From contig JBITAJ010000029.1 in NCBI GenBank assembly GCA_044440125.1, forward strand, positions 224,001-288,000: a stretch of DNA of 64,000 nucleotides. The letters are read 5' to 3'. This document shows, one piece after another, positions 1-8,671 of this stretch. The position numbers were made by a program, and so were the translations under genes. The notes beneath the pieces were generated by a model. It was not told the origin of the DNA. It was given only the letters and a program-made list of their open reading frames with translations, and did no database searches. The DNA comes from Sedimentisphaeraceae bacterium JB056 (GTDB lineage Bacteria > Planctomycetota > Phycisphaerae > Sedimentisphaerales > Sedimentisphaeraceae). How positions within the stretch are numbered: the first letter of the stretch is position 1; the number at the start of each line of letters is the position of its first letter.

Positions 1-710
1 TTGTCGCCTATGGGGCTGTAAACTTTTGCTTCCCTTTTCAGTCCAAATCGTTCGGCGATTTGCGGCAGAATATTGCCGATTATTTCGGAGGTCGGCTTAA
101 TGTCGGGCAGTATTTTTTCTGGAATGCCCAGTTCGTTCAGTATTTGCTTGTTCCATTGTCTGCTTTTAATGTCATATATGCCCCAGCTTGCTGCGTGAGT
201 TGGTTCGGTAGCGGCTGTTCCGGTTAATTTGGCACACAAATAATCAGAGATACTCAGTGCCTTAAGGTTCCCGTCCAGTGGAGCCCGGCTGTTCAAATAG
301 GCGAGAGTGGCCCCGCCGTAACCTGTTCTCAGCCCGCATCCATTTGATTTAGCGTAATTTTCGCCGATTGATATTGCAATTGAAGCGGCTTTTTGATCTC
401 GCCATGTTATGAAATTAGTTACGGGCTTCAATTGGTCGTTTACGAGCAAAATACCGTGCATTTGTCCGGTTACTGTTATGTCGGTAACATCATTAGACTT
501 GACTGCATCGCTTTTAAGCAGTAAAGATATCGCTGAAAAAATAAGTTCTATGGTTTTTTCCGAGCATTGTTCGTAGCTGCCTTCTGCGTTTTCCTTTATC
601 CGTGAGTCGTTTTCAATGCTGATGCATCCAGTCAGGCATTCTTTTTCAGTGTTATAAGCTGCGGCACATATTTTGGAAGTGCCTATGTCTAAAGATATTA
701 CAGTCGCCAT
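1..710 (-). CDS. FGGY-family carbohydrate kinase, sedoheptulokinase-like (3' end runs off the window)
   Basis: Not in the ORF track. Hand translation from ATG at 710 gives MATVISLDIGTSKICA...VTGQMHGILLV...FITWRDQ...GLRTGYGGATLAYL...THAASWGIYD, i.e. FGGY N-terminal motifs. Confidence 0.88.
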   Translation of the reverse strand, partial: MATVISLDIGTSKICAAAYNTEKECLTGCISIENDSRIKENAEGSYEQCSEKTIELIFSAISLLLKSDAVKSNDVTDITVTGQMHGILLVNDQLKPVTNFITWRDQKAASIAISIGENYAKSNGCGLRTGYGGATLAYLNSRAPLDGNLKALSISDYLCAKLTGTAATEPTHAASWGIYDIKSRQWNKQILNELGIPEKILPDIKPTSEIIGNILPQIAERFGLKREAKVYSPIGD

Positions 711-736
711 TTGTTTGATCCGTGAAGTTAATATTA

Positions 737-753
737 TATTGTATCATACAATA
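737..753. promoter_or_regulatory. Palindromic operator-like site TATTGTAT-C-ATACAATA
   Basis: Perfect 8-1-8 inverted repeat overlapping the predicted transcription start of the kinase gene. Confidence 0.55.
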
Positions 754-758
754 ATACC

Positions 759-787
759 AATATAGCATATTCTCTTGCTGATTACAA
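759..787 (-). promoter_or_regulatory. Putative sigma70 promoter of the FGGY kinase
   Basis: Minus strand TTGTAA (787-782), 17 bp spacer, TATATT (764-759) preceded by TGc (extended -10). Confidence 0.5.
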
Positions 788-852
788 GGCAATTTTGGGT
801 TCTGTTGAATAAAAGATTGTTGTTTTTTTGGAAGGTTGAAAATTTTTACGTT

Positions 853-865
853 CAATGAACGTTCA
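853..865. promoter_or_regulatory. Putative LacI-family operator (core TGAACGTTCA)
   Basis: Perfect 10-bp palindrome with central CG at 856-865; CAATGAACGTT recurs at 977-987 inside the LacI promoter. Confidence 0.55.
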
Positions 866-972
866 AAGTTGTTTCGGTTTAAGTGTTTTTTCTTAAGGCT
901 TTTATGGTTTGAGACAAAATTAGTTTTAAACTTTTTTTGAGCTTTAAAATTTTGTTTGAACATGTTTTAAAC

Positions 973-1001
973 TTGACAATGAACGTTTGGGGTGGTATTG
1001 T
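973..1001 (+). promoter_or_regulatory. Putative sigma70 promoter of the lacI-family gene with embedded operator copy
   Basis: TTGACA (973-978), 17 bp, TGg-TATTGT (996-1001); the spacer overlaps CAATGAACGTT. Confidence 0.65.
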
Positions 1002-1008
1002 CTTTATT

Positions 1009-2031
1009 ATGACTATAGTAGAAATAGCAAAAAAGACTGGCGTATCGCACACGACTGTTTCCAGAGTTCTTTATAATAAAGACGGCGTTTCGGAAGCTAC
1101 GGCGAGAAAAATCAAGAAGGTTATCAATGACTTGGGATATACTCCCAAGCCCCATAAACTGAAGAATGACTGGTCTGAGGGAATGGGGACTAAGTGTGGC
1201 AACATAGCGTTCATATGCCCCAAAGAAGGTATTAAAACACTTGCGACTTCTCCGATAATGCTTGAGGTTCTTCACGGCGTAGAAAAAGAACTTGGCCAAA
1301 GGAATTTCAATCTGATACATCTGAGTCTGTGGAATGAGCAGGAGGATATACCTGCGCTTGTGAAAAGGCATCAGGTTGACGGATACATTGTATGGTCATA
1401 TGACATCGCAGGTGTTCTTAAGGATTCTGGCGGTCTTATTAATCCCGCCAATTCGGTTACTATAATGTCAGGCGATAATTACAAATCAGATTTTTATCGT
1501 GTCCATAATGATAACTTCAAGATAGGCCGTATGGCGGCTGAATATCTTTTAAGCAGAGGCAGAAAGAATCTGCTGTATATCGATTATAATACCCGAAAGC
1601 GTGCAGACAGCAGGGACTGGCTGCTTCGCCATGAGGGATTTATGTCGGTTGCTTCCGATGATGTGGTTGTTAAGTGTACAGAAATAGACAACGATCCTGC
1701 CAGGCTTAAAGCCGATGCGGCTGAACTTATGGATCGTCTGATTGAATCGAGCTCAATGCCCGATGGTTTCTTCTTTGCAGCCGATCAGCTTACCGGAATA
1801 ATCCAGCCTGTCTTGCAGTCGAAGGGATTAGATATCCCTCGAGATGCTGATGTTATTTCCTGTAATCAGGAAGCGGCATATCTTAACGGGCTTGACCCTG
1901 TTCCTGCCAGTATCAATTTGCAACCCGAACTGCTTGGTAAAAGAGCGGTTGAGCTGCTTTGGGACAGGCTTGAACATTCTGACAGAAACGAGAAGGTTAT
2001 CGTTGAGATACCTCCAATTCTCAACATGTGA
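1009..2031 (+). CDS. LacI-family transcriptional regulator
   Basis: N-terminal HTH MTIVEIAKKTGVSHTTVSRVL...LGYTP plus periplasmic-binding-like domain; start moved to ATG 1009. Confidence 0.93.
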   Translation: MTIVEIAKKTGVSHTTVSRVLYNKDGVSEATARKIKKVINDLGYTPKPHKLKNDWSEGMGTKCGNIAFICPKEGIKTLATSPIMLEVLHGVEKELGQRNFNLIHLSLWNEQEDIPALVKRHQVDGYIVWSYDIAGVLKDSGGLINPANSVTIMSGDNYKSDFYRVHNDNFKIGRMAAEYLLSRGRKNLLYIDYNTRKRADSRDWLLRHEGFMSVASDDVVVKCTEIDNDPARLKADAAELMDRLIESSSMPDGFFFAADQLTGIIQPVLQSKGLDIPRDADVISCNQEAAYLNGLDPVPASINLQPELLGKRAVELLWDRLEHSDRNEKVIVEIPPILNM

Positions 2032-2089
2032 TTCAATTCTGTTGAACACAAGTTCATATCTCTATTAACATTTATTTAGTGAGGTGTTT

Positions 2090-3115
2090 ATGAAAATTTC
2101 ATTGACTATTTTGTGTGCTGTTTCATTTCTTTTTTTGCCCTGCATCCTGAAAGCTGCCCAGGTGAGCACTGTCGTGAAACTGGAAATGGACGGTCTGGTT
2201 GATACAAATACTGAGAATGTCAATAATGCAGAGACGGGTTATGTCTACAGGACTTCTCAGTATACAAATGACAGCGGCTCGCCTTTCACAGGAGTAACGG
2301 TTATTGCTGATGGCAGCGGTGATTATCCTGTTTTCGACCAAGGAGCTGTTTACCTTAACGGTGGTGATAACTTGAAGGATCAAGTCGATGAAGGATTGAT
2401 GGTTCAGGTTGGCACAGGCTATACTCCCCAGCAAAGTTATATATGGGAAGCCTGGGTAAAACCAGATTATACTAACTGGCCGACGAGCTCGACAAACCAG
2501 TTTGGATGGATAGCGATATTCAGATGGCACGATACCTATGATTCCTGTGATGATGCTACAAGCACGCCAACAGCCATGCACCTTTCATCATCAGATGCAT
2601 TTCGCCAGAGGTTGAATGTTGTCGGCAATGAGGTTTGGTCGAATGAAGTACTTGACCCTAATGATACTGTTGCCGCTGATGAGTTTACTCATGTAGGACT
2701 TGTATGGACTTACGATTCTGTTACCGAGACCGGTGAGCTTAAATACTATCAAAACGGTATTTTAAAAGCCACTGCTGAGGGACCGGTTACTGTTTCCGGG
2801 ACTATAATGGAATTTCCTGATACTATCGGTGTGGGTAATGTTGCTCAAACAACCATGGATAATTTTGACGAGCTTTATTGCGGCGGAGAGATAAATTACA
2901 ACGCCGGTTATTCAGGATGGATAGATTCTTTTGCTTTCTCTACTTTCACCGGAACTTTTGAAGGGCCGAGTGAGTTCGTGCTTGTCGATCCGCAATTCTG
3001 CGGCGATATAGGTACTACAATTCTTGCATCGGATCTGAACGCTGATTGTGAAGTGAATTTGCTTGATTTTGCAGGTTTGGCAACTCAATGGTTATGGGAT
3101 GTTACTAATAACTAA
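2090..3115 (+). CDS. Secreted LamG/ConA-like protein with C-terminal dockerin-like motif
   Basis: Signal peptide; WEAWVKP, FTHVGLVW, LKYYQNG, YSGWID LamG-like motifs; C-terminal DLNADCEVNLLDFAGLATQW; GAGG upstream of ATG 2090. Confidence 0.75.
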   Translation: MKISLTILCAVSFLFLPCILKAAQVSTVVKLEMDGLVDTNTENVNNAETGYVYRTSQYTNDSGSPFTGVTVIADGSGDYPVFDQGAVYLNGGDNLKDQVDEGLMVQVGTGYTPQQSYIWEAWVKPDYTNWPTSSTNQFGWIAIFRWHDTYDSCDDATSTPTAMHLSSSDAFRQRLNVVGNEVWSNEVLDPNDTVAADEFTHVGLVWTYDSVTETGELKYYQNGILKATAEGPVTVSGTIMEFPDTIGVGNVAQTTMDNFDELYCGGEINYNAGYSGWIDSFAFSTFTGTFEGPSEFVLVDPQFCGDIGTTILASDLNADCEVNLLDFAGLATQWLWDVTNN

Positions 3116-3165
3116 GCTGTATTAACGCAGGATTAATCCATTATTTTAGAAAGAAGGTTATTAAT

Positions 3166-5217
3166 ATGAAAATAAACTCAATATTAGCAATATCAATATG
3201 TTTTTGCGTAAGTATGGTTTTAGGTGATATATTTGTCGGTGACGGCAAAAGTGATGAGATGATGTGGAGATTCTCGCCCACCGGAGACGTAATATGGTCT
3301 GCGGGTATGCGAAGCGCAAGTAATTTTACGCTTGACCCAAGCGGCGAGCTTGTATTGGTGTCGCGGCAGGGAACTGATGAGCTGCTTTCCACTATTGATG
3401 CATATAACGGTACTGATTACAACGATCAGCTTATAACCGGAAGCGATATTGTTGACGCCGAATGGGGCCCTGATTTTAATTCCGACGGTGAAGATGATCT
3501 CTATGTAAGCGGAAGAAGCGAAATATGGGTTGTTGACGTTGATATTGTTGCCCTTGATGATGTTCAGTTTACCATACTCGATACATGGGTAGTCGCTGAC
3601 ACCTCAGGCAGCAACGGTACCGGCGGAAGGCTTTGCTTTGCTCCTAACGGCAATCTGCTATCCTCAAAGGGCGGCAATTCTTCAGGTAACCGTATTAACG
3701 TATGGGACCCTATGACCGGTAATCAGATCGCCAGCTATAACGCGGACAATTGCCGCGGTGCGATGGATATGATCATTGGCCCTGACGTTAATTCAGATGC
3801 TCAGGAAGATATATGGGTAGTTGACTTATACCGCGGTCAGGTAAGGGGTTATGATTATGTTACCGGAGCTTATCTGGGCATAATCGATACGGGTGTTGAT
3901 TTTACTCAGCCGAACGACATAATCCTGCTTCCTGATAACACGGTTATGATAAGCACCGCCAAAGGTACTTCGCTGAGTACAGGCGGAGATGGATCAAGCT
4001 ATGCAAGCGTTATACATTATGATCCTGTAGCTGATACAGCAACATTGTTTTATGAGTCTGACGGAGCCAATTTTGCATGTCTTGCTTACTCTCCGCTGGA
4101 ACTTCCTGTGCCTGTTCAAATTGAACCTCAACCTTATGATGTAATAGCGATCGAAAGAGGTGACGGTACAAGAGATGGTAATGCGTTCTTCAAGCTTATG
4201 ACCAGATTTGCTCCAAACGGAGAAATTATATGGCAGCCATCGAATGAATATGGCAACAGTGCTTATTATATGGTTGACAGTTTAGATCAGGAAAGTGTGT
4301 ATGTATGCTATAGCGGCACTTCGGGCACCCGTTATCTCAGACAGTTTTCTGCTGAGGACGGAAGTGCAATAGAATTCGTATTCAATAACAATGATTACTG
4401 TAAAGCGGCTGATTGGGGTTATGATTATAACTCTGATGGAACATCGGATCTTTATCTTTGCAGCCGTGATACGATATATGTTCTTGACGGTACGACGGTA
4501 GATGGTCAGGTTGCTACAGTTCTCACCTCTTATGAAGAAAGTAATACCGTTTATGATGGCGACTCCGGAACTGCAACAGGCGCAGGCGGCTTCCCTGTAT
4601 TCGGACCGGATATCAACAGTGATGGTATTGGCGACCTCTTTGTTACCAACGGTGGTGTTTCATCAGGTAACCGTATCAATGTGTGGGATCCGACCAATCT
4701 TAGCCGCATAGTATCTTATCCGGCTGAAGAATGCCGCTGGGCTATCTCTATTGTATTCAGCCAGGATGTAAACCGCGACGGTCGTGAGGATATGTGGGTA
4801 ACTGATTATGGTCGCAGCCAGATACGCTGCTATGATTATATGACCGGTGAATATCTGGGTATTGCTCCTGTAAATGTAGAACTGGACAGTCCGTATGCAA
4901 TGAAGGAAGCTCCTGACGGTATGCTTTATGTTATAAGTCGTGAGGGTTCGAGTCTTAACGCCGGTGGCGTAGGGGACCCCGGAACCGATATCATAAAGAT
5001 AAATCCGCAGACAGGAAGTGCCGAACTATTCTTCAGCATAAGCGGATATGAAGCCAGCTTCTGCGGTCTTTCGATACTTGAACCTACCGAGGGCGTATGT
5101 AATGATCCTATACCGCAGGACCTCAATCAGGATTGCAGGGTTGACGAGCTCGATCTTGAGGTAATGGCCGCCCAATGGCTGAACTGCACGAATCCTAATC
5201 CTGCAGAATGTAATTGA
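3166..5217 (+). CDS. Secreted duplicated beta-propeller-like protein with DxNxDG repeats and C-terminal dockerin-like motif
   Basis: Signal peptide; two homologous halves (SSGNRINVWDP twice); five GPDxNSDG-type motifs; C-terminal DLNQDCRVDELDLEVMAAQW. Confidence 0.7.
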   Translation: MKINSILAISICFCVSMVLGDIFVGDGKSDEMMWRFSPTGDVIWSAGMRSASNFTLDPSGELVLVSRQGTDELLSTIDAYNGTDYNDQLITGSDIVDAEWGPDFNSDGEDDLYVSGRSEIWVVDVDIVALDDVQFTILDTWVVADTSGSNGTGGRLCFAPNGNLLSSKGGNSSGNRINVWDPMTGNQIASYNADNCRGAMDMIIGPDVNSDAQEDIWVVDLYRGQVRGYDYVTGAYLGIIDTGVDFTQPNDIILLPDNTVMISTAKGTSLSTGGDGSSYASVIHYDPVADTATLFYESDGANFACLAYSPLELPVPVQIEPQPYDVIAIERGDGTRDGNAFFKLMTRFAPNGEIIWQPSNEYGNSAYYMVDSLDQESVYVCYSGTSGTRYLRQFSAEDGSAIEFVFNNNDYCKAADWGYDYNSDGTSDLYLCSRDTIYVLDGTTVDGQVATVLTSYEESNTVYDGDSGTATGAGGFPVFGPDINSDGIGDLFVTNGGVSSGNRINVWDPTNLSRIVSYPAEECRWAISIVFSQDVNRDGREDMWVTDYGRSQIRCYDYMTGEYLGIAPVNVELDSPYAMKEAPDGMLYVISREGSSLNAGGVGDPGTDIIKINPQTGSAELFFSISGYEASFCGLSILEPTEGVCNDPIPQDLNQDCRVDELDLEVMAAQWLNCTNPNPAECN

Positions 5218-5239
5218 TATTAATTTTCAAAACTGTAGA

Positions 5240-5272
5240 AAGTTCCCGCACAGACTAACTGTGCGGGAACTT
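5240..5272 (+). terminator. Intra-operon 14-bp perfect stem-loop (weak terminator or mRNA stabiliser)
   Basis: AAGTTCCCGCACAG-actaa-CTGTGCGGGAACTT; poor downstream U tract. Confidence 0.6.
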
Positions 5273-5297
5273 ATTAAAACCTCTCCGGCAATTCTAT

Positions 5298-7685
5298 ATG
5301 AAACAAACATTACTATTATTACTTGCTGTTCTATTTACGGCATCAGTATCTATTTCTGAAACGCTTATTATCGATGAGATAGATTTTGGCAGTTATATAT
5401 CCGAAAGTGTTTTGCATAATACGACTTTGGTTAATTGTTCCGGGGGAACCGGAGCGATGGGCCTTTCGTATCGCAGGATGAACAATTATACGCCGGCCAG
5501 GGATTACGGCGGAAAGATCACTTTCAATATTGCCGTTGATCCCACGCAGCAAAATTATTTTACTCTAAAATTGTGGGGTTCTGATTATTGTCAGAGTGCA
5601 CGCAGCAGCCAGATGTATCTTTACTATGAAGGTAAACAAGTTGGTTACAGGATGCACGCTGACTGGACGCCGCTTGATGCGAACTGGGAGTACCCCGAAT
5701 TCCCTGACAGGTTTTATTATACTACGTACATGCTGCCCTTAAGCATTACACAAGGGAAAAGTGAAGTTGTATTGACTATTGAGAGTTGGGGCTACTGGTG
5801 GCCTTACGGCGGCAACTGGGACGAATGTCAGAATTTACTGGAAGAGCCGAGCAGGGCTATATACAATGTTTATACTCATGCGGACCCGTATTTTGAGCCT
5901 TCCGAGAGTGAGCCCCAGGGCCAGCCGGTCGAACTTGGCGATCCGCGTTCTGACCCGGGCCAATATGAAAGCGCTCTGGCGAAGCTTATTGAAGATGCGG
6001 ACGACATAGTCGGCACCAGAAAAGTATCCCAACTGCCGCTGGGAAGCTGGAAGATGACAGGCTTGGCGAGGGCTTATAATGCTCAATGGTCCGCTCACTT
6101 CCAGGACCCTGTAATAATATCAAAGCTTGTAACTGATTTTGACCACTGGGTTTCGCAGGTTGCATCAGAGAGCAATAAATCCATAAGCGATGATAATCAC
6201 GATGACTGGAGCGGCTACGGCAGACTGGCGATCGTGCTCCTTGAAATGCTTGATCATTTCGAATCTCAGGATCTGATGGATGTTATGATAGATCATGACA
6301 ACGAGCCTTCTACTGCTGATATGACAAGACGCCGAGCCTATGCCGAATTTTTCCGTGATGGACGTGACTGGCGAATGCTGGACAGACGCTATATTACCAA
6401 TCAGGTGCTTGATTGTGAGATAAGCATTTATCTTGCCAATAAAATATTGCAGCAGCTTGACCCTACTATGGCTTGGGATGAATCTTATGCGATTGAAACA
6501 GTTTATGAAGCAGTAGGATTGCTGCCTTATGGAGACTGGGCTTATGGAACTGCATTGGATACAGACTATTTGCGACAGCAGATAATTTGGAATGCTGATT
6601 CGCCTTACTACATGATAACTGAAAAAGGTCTTTCGCGTGAAACCGGCTATGTTGCCTATTACGGTAATGTTTGTGATGCAATGGCCAGACTTGCTGAATA
6701 TACCGGTGACATTCAGGTCAAACAGCAGGCGATCAAATTTGTTCAGGCTCGAGCTCCATTCAGATTTTTTGATAATGACGAGCAGGGCTATCAATGTATG
6801 AGAATTGAAGCTGCTGTTGGAACACGTCATATAAATGAGACCGGACATATTCAATACGGCGACTGGACAGGATTTGAGACCGCTGCCGCATTGCAGGATC
6901 CGGTAAGTGTTCGTCTTGCTCAAATATATCTTGAGCATAACCGTTTCTGGTTTGACGACATTGACATTGAGGATGAAGTGAAAAGGGTTAACGATTATAT
7001 TACGGTTGCCTCTTTGCCGCAAAGTTCTTATCAATTTCCTATGGAACCTGATGCTCCTGATTATGCCTGGGCTGATGAAGATGACTGCGTTGTTGCTGTT
7101 AAGAGAGGGAATGTACGTTTTTATGCGAATATGTATTTCCGTATGCCTCCGGCGATAAACAATATAGGCAGGGTTCATTATACGACGCCCTCAATAGACA
7201 GGGTAGCTAATGTCTACGTCAATTGCGAATTTACTCCCACAGGTCTTACTATGACACGTGAGGAAAATCCTGCCAGTCCGGAAAGGAGCCTTACTCCGGC
7301 TCCCGCTGAACTTGGGATACAGTCTTATCATGCCGGTGAAATACTGCCGACGGCAGAAGGAGCATTGCCGGGCAGAGCGGAATTTTACCATTTCAGGTAT
7401 GGCGATTTTCTTGTAGCTATGAACACTACAGGCACCAAAAGTTTTACCTTGCCGATTCCTGCCGGAGTGCCGCAACAGGCATGGGATATGATAGCATCAG
7501 AGACCATAGACACTACCGGAAAGGTTACTGTTGAACCAAGAAGCACACTTGTACTTTTTATTGGCGATCCAGGCTATTGCGGGGATTCAAATACAGTTTA
7601 TCTTGAAGCTGACATAAATAAAGATTGTATAGTTGATTTGCTTGATCTAAGCTCTCTTGCAAGTTTCTGGTTATATGAATATTGA
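5298..7685 (+). CDS. Secreted protein of unknown function with C-terminal dockerin-like motif (candidate CAZyme)
   Basis: 795-aa ORF, signal peptide, aromatic/acidic-rich, C-terminal DINKDCIVDLLDLSSLASFW; no family motif recognised. Confidence 0.65.
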   Translation: MKQTLLLLLAVLFTASVSISETLIIDEIDFGSYISESVLHNTTLVNCSGGTGAMGLSYRRMNNYTPARDYGGKITFNIAVDPTQQNYFTLKLWGSDYCQSARSSQMYLYYEGKQVGYRMHADWTPLDANWEYPEFPDRFYYTTYMLPLSITQGKSEVVLTIESWGYWWPYGGNWDECQNLLEEPSRAIYNVYTHADPYFEPSESEPQGQPVELGDPRSDPGQYESALAKLIEDADDIVGTRKVSQLPLGSWKMTGLARAYNAQWSAHFQDPVIISKLVTDFDHWVSQVASESNKSISDDNHDDWSGYGRLAIVLLEMLDHFESQDLMDVMIDHDNEPSTADMTRRRAYAEFFRDGRDWRMLDRRYITNQVLDCEISIYLANKILQQLDPTMAWDESYAIETVYEAVGLLPYGDWAYGTALDTDYLRQQIIWNADSPYYMITEKGLSRETGYVAYYGNVCDAMARLAEYTGDIQVKQQAIKFVQARAPFRFFDNDEQGYQCMRIEAAVGTRHINETGHIQYGDWTGFETAAALQDPVSVRLAQIYLEHNRFWFDDIDIEDEVKRVNDYITVASLPQSSYQFPMEPDAPDYAWADEDDCVVAVKRGNVRFYANMYFRMPPAINNIGRVHYTTPSIDRVANVYVNCEFTPTGLTMTREENPASPERSLTPAPAELGIQSYHAGEILPTAEGALPGRAEFYHFRYGDFLVAMNTTGTKSFTLPIPAGVPQQAWDMIASETIDTTGKVTVEPRSTLVLFIGDPGYCGDSNTVYLEADINKDCIVDLLDLSSLASFWLYEY

Positions 7686-7714
7686 TACATAAACTTAAAA
7701 TAGAAAGTTATAAT

Positions 7715-8656
7715 ATGAAGAAACAAAATATGAATACAGGTGAAAAGAACGGTTTTACATTGATAGAACTTTTAGTGGTTATATCAATAATTGCAGTTCT
7801 AATGTCTATCATGATGCCTGCTTTAAACAAAGTCAGGCAGCAGGCAAAATTGCTTATCTGTAAAACCAATATGAAGAATATAGGAGTTGCCGTTAACACT
7901 TATACTAATGATTATGATGGCAGTTATCCGCTTGTGGGCAATCGAGACAGCGCCGGAAGGCTTCCAAATTGGGGCGGCGGTTATCCTGCTCCTCCGTACT
8001 GGGATGCAGTTGTTATGCCTTATATGTATTCGGAATATACGGCAAATCCGAAGGCCAATACTCAGATGCTTCTCAGCAAGTATGAAAAGATGTTTGATAT
8101 TTGGTGCTGCTCAGGTATTAAAAGTGATCCTGAATTCAAAAGCAAGTACAATAGCATCGTCGCTGGTACAGACAGTCGTGCGACAAATCGCTATCCTCGT
8201 TCGTATAGGTTAAATGCAATGCTTGGCGGTCATGCTGCTGTAAACGGGCCATATTCTTCGCGTGATTTTCAAGACCTTTCCTCCAATCCAGGTGCAAGGG
8301 CTTATACTGTTTCTGTTAAGACTCACCAGGTACAGTCTTCCTCAAGTACATTTTTGATACTGGACGGTGGACTTGATAACGGCAGTTGTTTCAATAACCG
8401 TTACGGTTGGGCAAGATACTGGTCGGATCTCAAACCAGCTCACTTTGTAAAGAGAACGGGTAATACGTTTACTGATACCTGGGGTGATACCGAGGCGAGA
8501 AAAGGCGTATGTAATGCGCTGTTCGCCGATGGACATATCGAGAAGATAGACAGGGACTATTCCGAGGAGAAGGTTGACGGCCAGACTTTCTGGGAGTATG
8601 GCAGCGATGACAACAGGGGTATATATAAATTCTATGCAGGTAATTACCGCCGCTGA
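7715..8656 (+). CDS. Prepilin-type N-terminal cleavage/methylation domain protein (DUF1559-like pseudopilin)
   Basis: [27 protein letters not shown]...C..N.K.IG and C-terminal CNALFADGH. Confidence 0.9.
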   Translation: MKKQNMNTGEKNGFTLIELLVVISIIAVLMSIMMPALNKVRQQAKLLICKTNMKNIGVAVNTYTNDYDGSYPLVGNRDSAGRLPNWGGGYPAPPYWDAVVMPYMYSEYTANPKANTQMLLSKYEKMFDIWCCSGIKSDPEFKSKYNSIVAGTDSRATNRYPRSYRLNAMLGGHAAVNGPYSSRDFQDLSSNPGARAYTVSVKTHQVQSSSSTFLILDGGLDNGSCFNNRYGWARYWSDLKPAHFVKRTGNTFTDTWGDTEARKGVCNALFADGHIEKIDRDYSEEKVDGQTFWEYGSDDNRGIYKFYAGNYRR

Positions 8657-8671
8657 TATTAAAGGTGAGAT

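Noticed and set aside
652..963. 103-aa minus-strand ORF in the divergent promoter region
   Set aside because: Low-complexity AT-rich translation; it overlaps the kinase start in another frame and the regulatory sites.
6165..7178. 337-aa antisense ORF
   Set aside because: Lies wholly opposite the 795-aa gene; no motifs; typical shadow ORF.
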